From Acidobacteriota bacterium (lineage in GTDB: Bacteria; Acidobacteriota; UBA890; WLXD01): a DNA stretch of 64,000 nt. Position 1 is the stretch's first letter, and each line of letters starts with the position of its first letter. The position numbers and the translations under genes are program-made. The notes under the pieces were generated by a model. It searched no databases. It was not told where the DNA came from and saw only the letters and a program-made list of their open reading frames with translations. Below are positions 42,131-54,784 of this stretch, one piece after another. The stretch is taken from positions 32,001 to 96,000 of the forward strand of contig CAXWPH010000012.1 in assembly GCA_963666055.2 (NCBI GenBank). The letters are read 5' to 3'.

Positions 42131-42913
42131 GTGTTGCGGATTCATGTCCTCGGCTCGGGCAACGCTGCCGCCGGGCGCCGCCGTGACACCACTGCCCTGG
42201 CGGTGGAAGCCGGCGGCGAGTGGACCCTGGTGGACTGCCCCGGTGGAGCAGTGCACAAGCTGGCGTGCCTGGGCGCCGATCTCGCCGACCTGCGGCGCCT
42301 GCTGGTGACACACAATCACGTCGATCACGTCTACGGCTTCGTCCATCTGGCGCACGCTCTAGTTTTGTCAGCAGAGCAATCGCCCCTCGTCGTGCATGCG
42401 CCTGAGCAGACCCTAGAAACACTACGCGCCATGCTTCAGATTCACGGGCTCGATGCCGCGTGCGCCGATCGCCTCGACCTGCGAAGTGTGGCGCTGCGAC
42501 CGGATACCGAGGTTACCGCCTCTCCGGCCGGCCGCATTGTTGCGACACCGGCGGCCCACAGCCGCGACACCCTCGCGTTACGCTTCGAGCAAAGCGGCCG
42601 GGCGTTTGTCTACGCCTCGGACACCGGTCCCAGCGACGCGGTGGCCGCCTTGAGCTCCGACGTCGATCTCCTCATGCATGATTGTGCCGGGCTGCACCGG
42701 GATCTCGCAGCCTTCGAAGGGCAGCACTCGAGCGCCCGCCAGGCCGGTGAGATCGCCGCAGCAGCCCGGGTCGGGGAACTGAGCCTGACCCATCTGGGAG
42801 AGGCGAGCGAGCACACCGAGGCCGATCTGCTACGCGAGGCGAGCGAACGCTTTAGTGGCCCCGTGGTTGCTGCCGCGGATGGTGATACGTATACCCTGGC
42901 GCCAATCGCCTAG
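42131..42913 (+). CDS. MBL-fold metallo-hydrolase, short RNase Z/AtsA-like
   Basis: LGSG, DCPGG, THNHVDH, SDTGP, HSS, LTH; no exosite arm. Confidence 0.85.
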   Translation: MLRIHVLGSGNAAAGRRRDTTALAVEAGGEWTLVDCPGGAVHKLACLGADLADLRRLLVTHNHVDHVYGFVHLAHALVLSAEQSPLVVHAPEQTLETLRAMLQIHGLDAACADRLDLRSVALRPDTEVTASPAGRIVATPAAHSRDTLALRFEQSGRAFVYASDTGPSDAVAALSSDVDLLMHDCAGLHRDLAAFEGQHSSARQAGEIAAAARVGELSLTHLGEASEHTEADLLREASERFSGPVVAAADGDTYTLAPIA

Positions 42914-43188
42914 CAGGCCGTGGTGAAAGTGTGGTGGGTCTGGTTACGGCGAGTTGGGGCCAGATGCAAGGCGGCCTGACACTGGCAATGCCCTAGCCAT
43001 CGTCGAGGAAGGCCAACGCTGCAGATGGCCCCAAATCACCGTAACCCTTCGGGCGACAGTGGGTTGCGCGCGTATCCTGCGTCGTTCCTCGTCAACGATG
43101 GGGTAACCATCGCCGCCTCCTCTCTCCTTGCCTCCACTTCGCAAGACCCTGTCGCCAGACCCACCACACTTTCACCACGGCCTGCTAG
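42910..43188 (-). mobile_element. 279-bp MITE-like element, copy 3 (inverted)
   Basis: Same 34-bp TIRs; interior is the reverse complement of copy 1 with a few substitutions. Confidence 0.9.
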
Positions 43189-43381
43189 GATCGAGCCGCC
43201 AATCAGGTGCGGTACCCTCTTCAAGCATGCTCCCTGGAACGGCTAGGTATGGATCGATCGAGCGTACAGCAAGCGTATCCAACTTGATCGAGCATCGCCG
43301 ATGTCGCCGTCGGATGCGGCACCGCATACCGGCCACAGTAGGTCCCGATACGGGGATCGCGCTGCGGGTGGGAAGTTTGAC

Positions 43382-44404
43382 GTGAGCGGCTGGGTGGCGA
43401 GCGCACCGTTGCGGGCGGATCTTGCAGGAGGAACGCTCGACCTGTGGCCCCTGTACTTGCTCCATGCAGATTCCTCGACGGTTAATGTGGCACTTGCCCT
43501 GCGCGCGCGCGCCACGTACGAGCCCGGCGGTCGACTCTGGGAGTTACGAGCCGGCGATCACGGAGCGCGGCTCCAGTTCGCTGCATCCGCGCTTGCTGAC
43601 GCCGCTACCGAAAGCCGGGACGGCGACCCGTTCGCCCTCGTGCTCCGCGTCCTGGCGCATACCGGGCTGCGGCAGGCCGGACGGCTAACGACCACCGTTG
43701 ACGGCCCTCCGGGTGGCGGCATAGGGGGCTCATCGGCATTGCTGGTGGCGCTCTACGGTCTCGCTTGCCGCGCCACTGGGCGACCACTGCGGCGCCAGGA
43801 GCTAGCGAGCCTGGCACGCGATCTAGAAGCCCAGGTGCTGGGATTCCCGACTGGCGTTCAGGACTACTACCCGGCCATCTACGGCGGGGCGCTGCAGCTC
43901 CACTATCGTCCCGGCAGGACTCGAATGGAGCGACTTCCGGTGGATTTGGACGCGCTAGAGGAGCGCCTGTTGCTGGTGTACAGCGGCCAGCCACATGCTT
44001 CGGCACCGTCGAACTGGAGGCTCTACCGGCGCCGCATCGAGGGGGACCCGGCAGCACGCGACGGGTTCGAGGCGATCGCTCGTGCCGCTCTCGCTGCTGG
44101 AGAGGCGATGCGCCACGGCGACTGGGGCGGCCTCGGACACGCCATGAGCGACGATTGGAAGGCGCGCCAGGGTATCGACGCAACGCTAGCGCCACCCGAC
44201 CTGCGTCGCTTGGAGCGCGCCGGTTTGGAGGCCGGAGCAGCTGCGGCGAAGGGCTGTGGTGCGGCGTCCGGAGGATGCATGTTGTTCTTGCTGCGCGATC
44301 CACAGGACCGCCAGACCGTTACCGCCGCCGTCGAGGCAGTCGCCGGCCGGGTCCTCCCGGTGCGTATCGCTCGCAGCGGGCTGCGCGTCCAGCGCGCCAA
44401 CTAG
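43382..44404 (+). CDS. GHMP-family sugar kinase (HddA-like)
   Basis: APLRADLAGGTLD, PPGGGIGGSSA, GVQDYY, K.CGAASGG. Alternative start ATG 43301. Confidence 0.82.
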   Translation: MSGWVASAPLRADLAGGTLDLWPLYLLHADSSTVNVALALRARATYEPGGRLWELRAGDHGARLQFAASALADAATESRDGDPFALVLRVLAHTGLRQAGRLTTTVDGPPGGGIGGSSALLVALYGLACRATGRPLRRQELASLARDLEAQVLGFPTGVQDYYPAIYGGALQLHYRPGRTRMERLPVDLDALEERLLLVYSGQPHASAPSNWRLYRRRIEGDPAARDGFEAIARAALAAGEAMRHGDWGGLGHAMSDDWKARQGIDATLAPPDLRRLERAGLEAGAAAAKGCGAASGGCMLFLLRDPQDRQTVTAAVEAVAGRVLPVRIARSGLRVQRAN

Positions 44405-44417
44405 TGGCCTGTAACAG

Positions 44418-45254
44418 ATGATCGAATGGGCGGTGATCCCGGTGGCCGGACACGGCAAGCGCATGCAGCCGGCTGCCGCGGTCGTACCGAAGGCGCTACT
44501 GCCGGTGGGCACCTGGCCGATCTTGCACTGGGCGCTCGTCGAAGCGATTCGAGCCGCCATACCCGGCATCATCGTGGTCGTCGGGCCCGACCAACAGCTT
44601 GTTCGCGATTATCTGGACGCCGCACTAGAGGCCGGGCGACGCAACGAGAAGACGGACCTGGGATGCCTCGGACGCGGTCTGCTCGATCGCGACATTCGCT
44701 TCATCGAGCAAGCGGAGCCGCTCGGCGTCGGCGATGCTTTCGTGCGCTGTCGTGAGGTAACAGGTCAGGACGTCTTCGCGGTGTTGCTCCCGGACAACTG
44801 GTTCGACGCCACTACACCGGCGATCGAGCAGGTCGCACGGGCCTACGCGCAGACCGGCTTGTGCAGCCTGGGGCTAACCGAGGTCGCTGCCCAAGAGCGT
44901 GCTCTATTCGGCAACGTTGGCGGCGTTGGCCTGCGGCGGCTGGATGGTGATTGCTACCGAGTGCTGACGCTACAGAACAAGCTCCCCGGGGTGTTCGCGC
45001 CCGAAGGAAAGAGTCCGGTTCTGCGCGGCTGCGCGCGCTACGTCGTCGACACGCGGTTCTACGATGCGCTCCTGGCGACCGGTCCGCCGAGCCAAGGCGA
45101 GTGGGACGACGTTCCCGCCTTCCAGCATTTGATCGACCACGCCGGGCTCGCAGCCTACCGGATCGACGGGCGCCACTACGACGTGGGGCACCGACGCGGC
45201 TATCTGGCCGCGGCAGCGTACCTCGGCCGCTGTGCCGCGGAAGAGGAACGATAG
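44418..45254 (+). CDS. Sugar-phosphate nucleotidyltransferase (GalU-like)
   Basis: AVIPVAGHGKRM...PKALLPV, EQAEPLGVGDA, LLPDN, YDVG. Confidence 0.85.
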   Translation: MIEWAVIPVAGHGKRMQPAAAVVPKALLPVGTWPILHWALVEAIRAAIPGIIVVVGPDQQLVRDYLDAALEAGRRNEKTDLGCLGRGLLDRDIRFIEQAEPLGVGDAFVRCREVTGQDVFAVLLPDNWFDATTPAIEQVARAYAQTGLCSLGLTEVAAQERALFGNVGGVGLRRLDGDCYRVLTLQNKLPGVFAPEGKSPVLRGCARYVVDTRFYDALLATGPPSQGEWDDVPAFQHLIDHAGLAAYRIDGRHYDVGHRRGYLAAAAYLGRCAAEEER

Positions 45255-45847
45255 TGGCGCACTAACCCCACCACCACGCCGCGAACACGCACCTGAGATT
45301 CCGGCAGGTAGAGCGGTTCGCCGGCACCGTGACTCGGCTCGAGCCGCACGTGGCCCGGCTCCTGAAAGAACCTGCCGACAGCGGCAAGTTGATCCCCGAG
45401 CACCAGGACGACGGTGTCCCCGTCCGTGGCGACACTGCGATCCTCGATCACCAGGAGGTCGCCGTCCAAGAGGAGCTCGTCGGACAACGAGTTGCCCTTC
45501 ACGCGCAGTGCGTACAGCGGGCCCCCGGTAGCAAAGGACGAAGGCAAGTTGACGCTCTCGGCGGGCCGAATTGGCTCGAGAGGACGGCCGCCAGCGATCT
45601 GACCCAGCAACGGCACCTCGACGCCGCGGGCCAGCTCGGTATCGACGAGCTGAATCCCACGGCCTTGGTGCTTCGCCTTGCTGATGTAGCCCTTCTGTAC
45701 GAGTTGCTGGACGTGCTTGTAAACGGTGGCGGGCGACGAGAGACCAAAATGGGCGCCGATCTCCTCCAGCGTCGGAGCGTACCCCTCAGCCTTCAGATAG
45801 CCGCTGATGTAGTCGAGAATCTCTTTCTGGCGCTTGGTCAGATACAT
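45200..45847 (-). CDS. lexA: LexA-family repressor (autocleavage residues altered)
   Basis: LTKRQKEILDYI...PTLEEIG...SPATVYKH wHTH plus S24-like C-domain; IAGG and AVGR replace AAG and TVKR. Confidence 0.85.
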   Translation of the reverse strand: MYLTKRQKEILDYISGYLKAEGYAPTLEEIGAHFGLSSPATVYKHVQQLVQKGYISKAKHQGRGIQLVDTELARGVEVPLLGQIAGGRPLEPIRPAESVNLPSSFATGGPLYALRVKGNSLSDELLLDGDLLVIEDRSVATDGDTVVLVLGDQLAAVGRFFQEPGHVRLEPSHGAGEPLYLPESQVRVRGVVVGLVRHYRSSSAAQRPRYAAAAR

Positions 45848-45940
45848 GATGCTCGGAGCGACACGATGGGCGAAACGACGCCACTGACGGTTCGATATGC
45901 GGGACCAAATGTCAAGGGAGGGCGATGGTACCCTGACCCG

Positions 45941-46375
45941 ATGGTTTACCTGTGTCTGGACATGGGCGCGCGCCGTATTGGCGTGGCGGTTTCTGACCCC
46001 ACTGGCATGCTTGCGCGACCCCTCGATACGCTGCCGGGCGGCGAGCCAACCGCCGCGTTCGCAGAGCGCTTGCGCCCACTCGTCCGCGACACCGACGCGC
46101 AGCGGCTGGTGATCGGACTGCCAAAGCGGCTCAGCGGTGTCCGGGGACCCGAGGCCGTTGCCGTCGAGACGGTCGCCACCGAGCTGCAGGAGCTGCTTCG
46201 CATGCCTGTCATCCTATGGGACGAGCGTCTTTCGACGGTCGAGGCGACCCGGCGCTTGGTCGAATCAGGCGTGCGCCCGAAGCGTCGCAAGCAACTGGTG
46301 GACCGTGTCGCGGCAGCGCTCATTCTGCAGAGCTACCTCGACTCACTCGGCCCCCCAGTGCAGCTACCCTCGTGA
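45941..46375 (+). CDS. ruvX: YqgF/RuvX RNase H-fold nuclease
   Basis: LDMGARRIGVAVSD, WDERLST, DRVAAALILQSYLD. Confidence 0.93.
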   Translation: MVYLCLDMGARRIGVAVSDPTGMLARPLDTLPGGEPTAAFAERLRPLVRDTDAQRLVIGLPKRLSGVRGPEAVAVETVATELQELLRMPVILWDERLSTVEATRRLVESGVRPKRRKQLVDRVAAALILQSYLDSLGPPVQLPS

Positions 46376-47379
46376 AGCCACTCCGCCTGGCGATAGCGGC
46401 GGCGCTGCTGGCCGCCGCAACGGCCGCAGTCGCAGTGGTAACTCTGCAGCGCCACGTGCGGGCGCCGTTCCAAGGTTACGAGGGCGCCCACATGGACGTC
46501 GTCGTACGTCCCCGAATGCCGGCGCGCCAGATCGCCGATTTACTGGAGGAGGCCGGTGTCGTGGAGTCGGCGGCGCTACTCACCGGCTGGTTGTGGTGGA
46601 CCGAGCGAAGTGGCGACGTGCAGGCAGGAGAGTACCGCTTTGTCGGGCCCACCTCGGTGCTAGAGGTCACTGAAGTCGTTACGTCGGGTCGAGTACGCCT
46701 CTACTCGGTGACGATCACCGAGGGATCCACTCGCTGGCAGGTGGCCGAAGCGATTGCCGCCGCAGGCTTCGGTTCCTACGAGGCGGCGTTGGTGGCTACC
46801 GGCCGCATCGACTTGATTGAAGATCTCGACCCGGTGGCGGATACGCTCGAGGGATACCTGTTTCCGGAAACCTACCTGGCGCCGCGGAGCGACGATGCAG
46901 AGGACCTGGTCGTCCGTATGGTCGAGGCATTCCACCAGGTCTGGACACCGGCCTACCAACGCCGCGCGGCCGAGCTGGAGATGAGCGTGCGCGCGGTGGT
47001 GACCCTGGCGTCGCTGATCGAGGCGGAGACGCTGACGCCGGCAGAACGCCCCGTCGTCTCGGGAGTGTTCCACAACCGGTTGGCGCGCGGCATGTTGCTG
47101 CAAACGGACCCGACTGTAATTTACGCCCGACACCTGGCGGGCCGCGAAGGCCGTACCATCTATCAGTCAGACCTGCGTCGAGATTCTCCATACAATACGT
47201 ATCTCTACCCCGGGTTGCCGGTCGGTCCGATCGGGAATCCACGACTGGCGAGTGTCGACGCCGCGCTTCTTCCGGCCGACGTCGATTTCCTGTACTTCGT
47301 ATCGCGCAATGACGGCACACATGCCTTCTCGCAAACGCTTGCAGAACACAACGAGCTTGTTGACCGCTACCAACGGTGA
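46372..47379 (+). CDS. mltG: Endolytic transglycosylase MltG
   Basis: LEGYLFPETY, LASLIEAE, LQTDPTVIY, SPYNTY. Confidence 0.94.
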   Translation: MKPLRLAIAAALLAAATAAVAVVTLQRHVRAPFQGYEGAHMDVVVRPRMPARQIADLLEEAGVVESAALLTGWLWWTERSGDVQAGEYRFVGPTSVLEVTEVVTSGRVRLYSVTITEGSTRWQVAEAIAAAGFGSYEAALVATGRIDLIEDLDPVADTLEGYLFPETYLAPRSDDAEDLVVRMVEAFHQVWTPAYQRRAAELEMSVRAVVTLASLIEAETLTPAERPVVSGVFHNRLARGMLLQTDPTVIYARHLAGREGRTIYQSDLRRDSPYNTYLYPGLPVGPIGNPRLASVDAALLPADVDFLYFVSRNDGTHAFSQTLAEHNELVDRYQR

Positions 47380-47382
47380 GCC

Positions 47383-47868
47383 ATGAGCCAGGCCCGATCC
47401 ACCAACCCGCTGCGCAGCGACGCCGCTAGTGGTCTGCGCTTCGCGGTGGTGGTCAGTCGGTTCAATGAGACGCTAACCGACCGGCTGCGGCAGGGGGCGT
47501 TGAGCGCCTTGCTCGAATACGGGGCTGCCCAATCCGACATCACCACGACCTGGGTCCCAGGCGCCTTCGAGCTCCCGATAGCCGCAGCGCACCTGGCTTC
47601 GACGAATCATTTCGACGCCATCGTATGCTTGGGCGCCCTCATCCGTGGCGAAACAATCCACTACGACGTGCTGGCCCACTCCACCGCCTCCGGATTGCAG
47701 GACGTCGCACGCCGGAGCGGACTGCCGATCACCTTCGGCGTCCTGACCTGCGAGACCGTCGAGCAGGCGGAGGCGCGCGCCGGAGGCAAGCACGGAAACA
47801 AGGGCATCGACGCCGCCGTCGCAGCGATCGAGATGGCCGTCCTGTTCAGCGCCGGCTCCGGAAGGTAG
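47383..47868 (+). CDS. ribH: 6,7-dimethyl-8-ribityllumazine synthase
   Basis: SRFN, VPGAFELP, IRGETIHYD, GNKG. Confidence 0.96.
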   Translation: MSQARSTNPLRSDAASGLRFAVVVSRFNETLTDRLRQGALSALLEYGAAQSDITTTWVPGAFELPIAAAHLASTNHFDAIVCLGALIRGETIHYDVLAHSTASGLQDVARRSGLPITFGVLTCETVEQAEARAGGKHGNKGIDAAVAAIEMAVLFSAGSGR

Positions 47869-47871
47869 GCG

Positions 47872-48338
47872 ATGGGATACCGCCATCGTGCTCGTGAGCG
47901 CGCATTGCAGTGCCTGTATCAATGGGAGAGCACCGGTGCGGAGCTCGACGGGCTTCTTGAACGATTCTGGAGGGCGCAGCCGGAACCGCAGCGAGTGCGC
48001 GACTTCGCCGAAGTGTTGGTAAGAGGCACGGTAGATGCCGTGCTCCGCATCGACCCTTTGATCGAGCAGCAGGCGGAGAACTGGCGTCTGGAGCGTATGG
48101 GCTGTGTCGATCGCGGCATCCTGCGGCTGGGGGTCTATGAGCTTCTCGATCAGTCCGACACCCCTGCGGCGGTGGTCATCGATGAGGCGATCGAACTAGC
48201 GAAGCGCTACAGCGGCGAGCAGGGAGGCACGTTCGTCAACGGCGTGCTCGACGGAATCTATCGACGGCTCCAGCGGCAACCAGCCAACGGCGACCTAGGC
48301 CTCGAGCCGCAACCTGGTCGAAGCAAGGCAACCGGCGC

Positions 48339-48342
<4 letters not shown>
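47872..48342 (+). CDS. nusB: Transcription antitermination factor NusB
   Basis: RHRARERALQ.LY, IDEAIELAKRY, FVNGVLD. Confidence 0.95.
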
Positions 48343-51116
<2,774 letters not shown>

Positions 51117-51135
51117 GGACATGGGGGTTGGGGGG

Positions 51136-51684
51136 ATGAACGGAAGACATCGCAACTGCGGACGACCGGCCTGGCGCGCTCGTGTGGCGGTGGTAGTGGC
51201 GCTGGCGGCGTGCCTGTCGTGCGGCTACACCCTGGTTGGCTCTGGTGCGTTTCTTCCCGACTACATCCGCGTCGTTGCCATTCCGACGTTCGTGAACCTG
51301 ACGCCACGTTTCGAACTGGAGGTACGCGTCACCGACGCGGTGACCCGCGAGTTCGTGTCGCGCGGCAACTACCGCGTAGTAGCCAGCCAAGCGGGCGCCG
51401 ACGGCGTTTTGCAGGGCGAGATCCATTCGTTCACCGTAACCCCGATCGGGCTCAATCCACGCGACCGAGCCGATACGTGGCAAGTAACGATTCGAGCACG
51501 CGTCACCTTCACCGACCTCGTCGCCAACGAGGTGCTCTTTACCAACAGTGCCTTCCAGTACCAGGAGCAGTTCGAGTTCCCGGCGTCATCGGAGGGGCAG
51601 GTCGATATTGAGGTGTCGTCGATCGACGAGATCTCGGTGGAGTTCGCCCGGGCCGTGGTGTCGAGCATTCTCGAGGGCTTCTGA
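51136..51684 (+). CDS. lptE: LPS assembly lipoprotein LptE family
   Basis: Lipoprotein signal ending ...LSC-GY; leuS-lptE-holA synteny. Confidence 0.8.
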   Translation: MNGRHRNCGRPAWRARVAVVVALAACLSCGYTLVGSGAFLPDYIRVVAIPTFVNLTPRFELEVRVTDAVTREFVSRGNYRVVASQAGADGVLQGEIHSFTVTPIGLNPRDRADTWQVTIRARVTFTDLVANEVLFTNSAFQYQEQFEFPASSEGQVDIEVSSIDEISVEFARAVVSSILEGF

Positions 51685-51699
51685 GGGCGGTTCCCCGGC

Positions 51700-52755
51700 G
51701 TGGCCAGCAGCAAGCCGATAACGATCCCGGAGGTCCGCCGTTCCTTGAGCGAGGGTCGCATCGCGCCCGTGTACCTTGTGCTGGGGCAGGAGGACGCGCT
51801 TCGACGCCACGTGGCTGAGGCTTTCTTCGACGCGTTCGAGCAGCGCGCTGACGGTCCCGGCGCCATAGACCGGATCGATGGGGCGAACGCTTCGCTCGCC
51901 GACATGATCGACGCGGCGCGTTCATTGTCGCTGTTCGCAATGGCGGCGGACGGCCCCGCTCATCTGGTCTGGGTGTCACGCTTCGAACACATGGATCTCG
52001 CGCATATCGACGAGTTGTCCACATACCTGAGCCATCCGGTCGACGCGACTTGTCTCGTATTGGAGGCCTCGAAGCTCGACAAGCGCAAGCTCGCGTACAA
52101 GACGGTTGCGGCGGCGGCCACCGTGGTCGACTGTGAGCCACCGCGCCGGGAGGAGGACGTGCGGCGCTGGCTCGAAGGGAGCGCACGGGCGCGCGGGTAC
52201 GAGATTGGTGCCGACGCGCTCGACTACATGATCGCGATGGCTGGAACAAGCATCACAGCGCTCGAGCAGGAGCTCGAGAAGGCGATGCTGTACGTCGGTG
52301 ATGGCGGCCAGATCCGCGCCAAGGATCTCGAGGGCCTCTTGGGGCGCAGCCGGGAGCACTCGGTGTTCGAGCTTACCGACGCCCTGGTGCGAGCTGATCC
52401 TGAAGGGGCCCTACGACTGCTCAACGTGCTGTTGGATGATGGTGAGGAGCCGTCCAGGGTGCTGGCGATGATTGCCTGGATCACACGACAGCTGGTGATC
52501 GCGCACGACGTTGCCGCCTCCGGCGCCTCAAGGCGCCAAAGCATGGAAGCCATCGGCGGCCGCTGGCAGCAACGCGGCGACGTACTGGATCGGGCCCAGC
52601 GCGCGGCTCGCGGGGGCCTCACGGAGGCGATCGGTGCCTGCGCGGACACCGATCTGTTCATCAAGCGGCTACGCGATGTGCGCCCCGGAGCGGACAGACT
52701 GAGGCCAGCCCGGGGGAAGCTGGAGGCGCTTTGCCGTCAGATCTGTGCCGCCTAG
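51700..52755 (+). CDS. holA: DNA polymerase III delta subunit
   Basis: PVYLVLG, QELEKAMLY, SVFELTDA; synteny. Confidence 0.88.
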   Translation: MASSKPITIPEVRRSLSEGRIAPVYLVLGQEDALRRHVAEAFFDAFEQRADGPGAIDRIDGANASLADMIDAARSLSLFAMAADGPAHLVWVSRFEHMDLAHIDELSTYLSHPVDATCLVLEASKLDKRKLAYKTVAAAATVVDCEPPRREEDVRRWLEGSARARGYEIGADALDYMIAMAGTSITALEQELEKAMLYVGDGGQIRAKDLEGLLGRSREHSVFELTDALVRADPEGALRLLNVLLDDGEEPSRVLAMIAWITRQLVIAHDVAASGASRRQSMEAIGGRWQQRGDVLDRAQRAARGGLTEAIGACADTDLFIKRLRDVRPGADRLRPARGKLEALCRQICAA

Positions 52756-52797
52756 CGGTGAACGCGGCTACCGACGGCACCGACGTCGGCTCTGGCC

Positions 52798-53064
52798 CTA
52801 CCTACCGATCGCCCGGATTCTTCGGGCCAGGCGCGACTTTTTCCGCGCTGCGAGATTGCGATGGATGATTCCGCGTTGAGCGGTCCGATCGAGCAGCGTT
52901 TGCGTCTCCGTCCAGCGCTCGCGCACACGCTCGAGGTCACCCGCTTCGATGGCCTCGTCGAGCAGGCGAAGCGCGGAGCGCAGGCGTGACCGATGTGCCC
53001 GTTTGCGACCCCTCCGGACCTCGCCTTGGCGCATGCGCTTCTTGGCAGATGCATTGTTCGGCAT
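52798..53064 (-). CDS. rpsT: 30S ribosomal protein S20
   Basis: MPNNASAKKRMRQ, GIIHRNLAARKKSRL. Confidence 0.95.
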   Translation of the reverse strand: MPNNASAKKRMRQGEVRRGRKRAHRSRLRSALRLLDEAIEAGDLERVRERWTETQTLLDRTAQRGIIHRNLAARKKSRLARRIRAIGR

Positions 53065-53098
53065 ATTCAGAAAAACTCCTTGATCGGCCGCGTGAGAC

Positions 53099-54754
53099 AT
53101 GAAGGTTAGGCCGCCGGACGCCGACGGTCAAACACCCTCTGGGACCTCGACCAGCCACCTCATGCGGTCTGCGGGAGCTGTCGGCGCCCTGACGCTGCTG
53201 TCGCGGGTATTCGGTCTCCTACGCATGGCGGTGATCACCGCATTGCTCGGAACGGGAAGCGCCGCCGACGCTTGGGCAATCGCCTTCATGTTGCCCAATT
53301 CGCTACGACGGCTCGTGGGCGAAGGGAACATCTCGGCTGCGTTCGTGCCCATATTCACTCGCTTGGGGCGCCAGCGCGAGGAGCGCAGGACCTGGGAACT
53401 GGCACAACGGTTTCACACAGCGGTCGCCATCGGGGCAGTCGTCGTCGCCCTCGCCGGCGCGCTGGCGGCGCCCGTCCTGGTGCGCTGGTTCGCGTCAGGT
53501 TTCGCTGCCGTTCCGGGCAAGGTCGAGCTCACCGTCCAGCTGACACGATTCGTATTCATATTTCTCGTGTTCATCTCGATGGCCGCTGTTCTGGTAGCGG
53601 TACTCAACTCTCGCGACCGCTTCGCGGCGGCGGCGTTCGTTCCTGTGCTCCTCAACATCAGCATCGTGGGCGCGGGGTTGGCCGCCTGGTGGCTAGGCAT
53701 CACCGAGCCCGCCCGCGCCGTCTGGGTTGTGGCCGGCGCAGCGGTGCTGGGTGGGGCAGCCCAGTATTTGTTCCTGATTCCCTACGCCCGCAGGCTGGGT
53801 ATGAGGATTCGCCCACTCAGACCGACGGGCGACCCTGCTCTGCGCGAGATCGGCCGCCTGATGGTGCCGGGGCTATTCGGCGTGGGGATCATCCAGATCA
53901 ACATCATCGTCGGACGCACGCTGGCGAGTCAGCTCGGCGAAGGTGCCGTCGCCTCGCTCGACTACGCGGCGCGCATCAACGAGCTGACCCTGGGTGTCTT
54001 CGCCATTTCGGTAGCAACGGTGGTGCTGCCCCTGATGTCCCGCCAGGGAGCAGCCACGGACCTCGCGGCGCTCGGCAACACGCTGGTGTTCGCACTGCGG
54101 CAAATCAGCCTGGTGACAGTACCGGCGGCGGTGGGCATGATCCTGCTGCGCCACGAGATCGTGGAAGTGCTGTACCAACGCGGCCAGTTCGACGTAGATT
54201 CGACCCGCCTGACCGCCGCTGCTCTGTGGGGGTACGCCGTCGGTTTGGTGAGTGTAGCCACCGTGCGCGTCGTGGCTCCGGCGTTTTTCGCCCTGCGCGA
54301 CACCGTGACCCCCGTCCGCGTGGCCGCCGTCGCCATGCTGGTGAACATCGTCGCGTGCCTTGCGTTGCGCTCGGCGCTCGGTAACGCCGGAATCGCTCTC
54401 GCCAACTCGATCGCCGCCGCCGTGAACTCGGTGCTCCTTCTGATCCTGTTTCGACGCCGCGTCGGCGCGTTGCCGCTATGGAGTCTGACAACAAGCCTGG
54501 CGCGCGTCGCGGCCGCGACCGCGGTCATGGGCTGGGTCGTGGACGCGGTCCGACAGGTCGCCTGGCACGACGGTACAGGCAGCGGACTCATCGATCTCGG
54601 CAAGCTGCTGGCGGTGATCGCCGTCGGCGTCCTCACCTACTTGGCCGCACTGGTGGCCATGCGCGCACCGGAGATAGGGGAGCTACGATCGGTCACTCGA
54701 GGCGGAGTACCTGATACCCTCAGCGATCAAGGGGAGGCTTCCGGGGAGGAGTAA
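53099..54754 (+). CDS. murJ: Lipid II flippase MurJ
   Basis: LSRVFGLLR, PNSLRRLVGEG..SAAFVP; multi-TM; divergent from rpsT. Confidence 0.93.
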   Translation: MKVRPPDADGQTPSGTSTSHLMRSAGAVGALTLLSRVFGLLRMAVITALLGTGSAADAWAIAFMLPNSLRRLVGEGNISAAFVPIFTRLGRQREERRTWELAQRFHTAVAIGAVVVALAGALAAPVLVRWFASGFAAVPGKVELTVQLTRFVFIFLVFISMAAVLVAVLNSRDRFAAAAFVPVLLNISIVGAGLAAWWLGITEPARAVWVVAGAAVLGGAAQYLFLIPYARRLGMRIRPLRPTGDPALREIGRLMVPGLFGVGIIQINIIVGRTLASQLGEGAVASLDYAARINELTLGVFAISVATVVLPLMSRQGAATDLAALGNTLVFALRQISLVTVPAAVGMILLRHEIVEVLYQRGQFDVDSTRLTAAALWGYAVGLVSVATVRVVAPAFFALRDTVTPVRVAAVAMLVNIVACLALRSALGNAGIALANSIAAAVNSVLLLILFRRRVGALPLWSLTTSLARVAAATAVMGWVVDAVRQVAWHDGTGSGLIDLGKLLAVIAVGVLTYLAALVAMRAPEIGELRSVTRGGVPDTLSDQGEASGEE

Positions 54755-54784
54755 CTCATGTTTCTGCCTGGGCGCTAGCGACTC

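Noticed and set aside
43189-43293. Three GATCGAGC octamers beside element copy 3
   Set aside because: Common word in this sequence, irregularly spaced; no further support.
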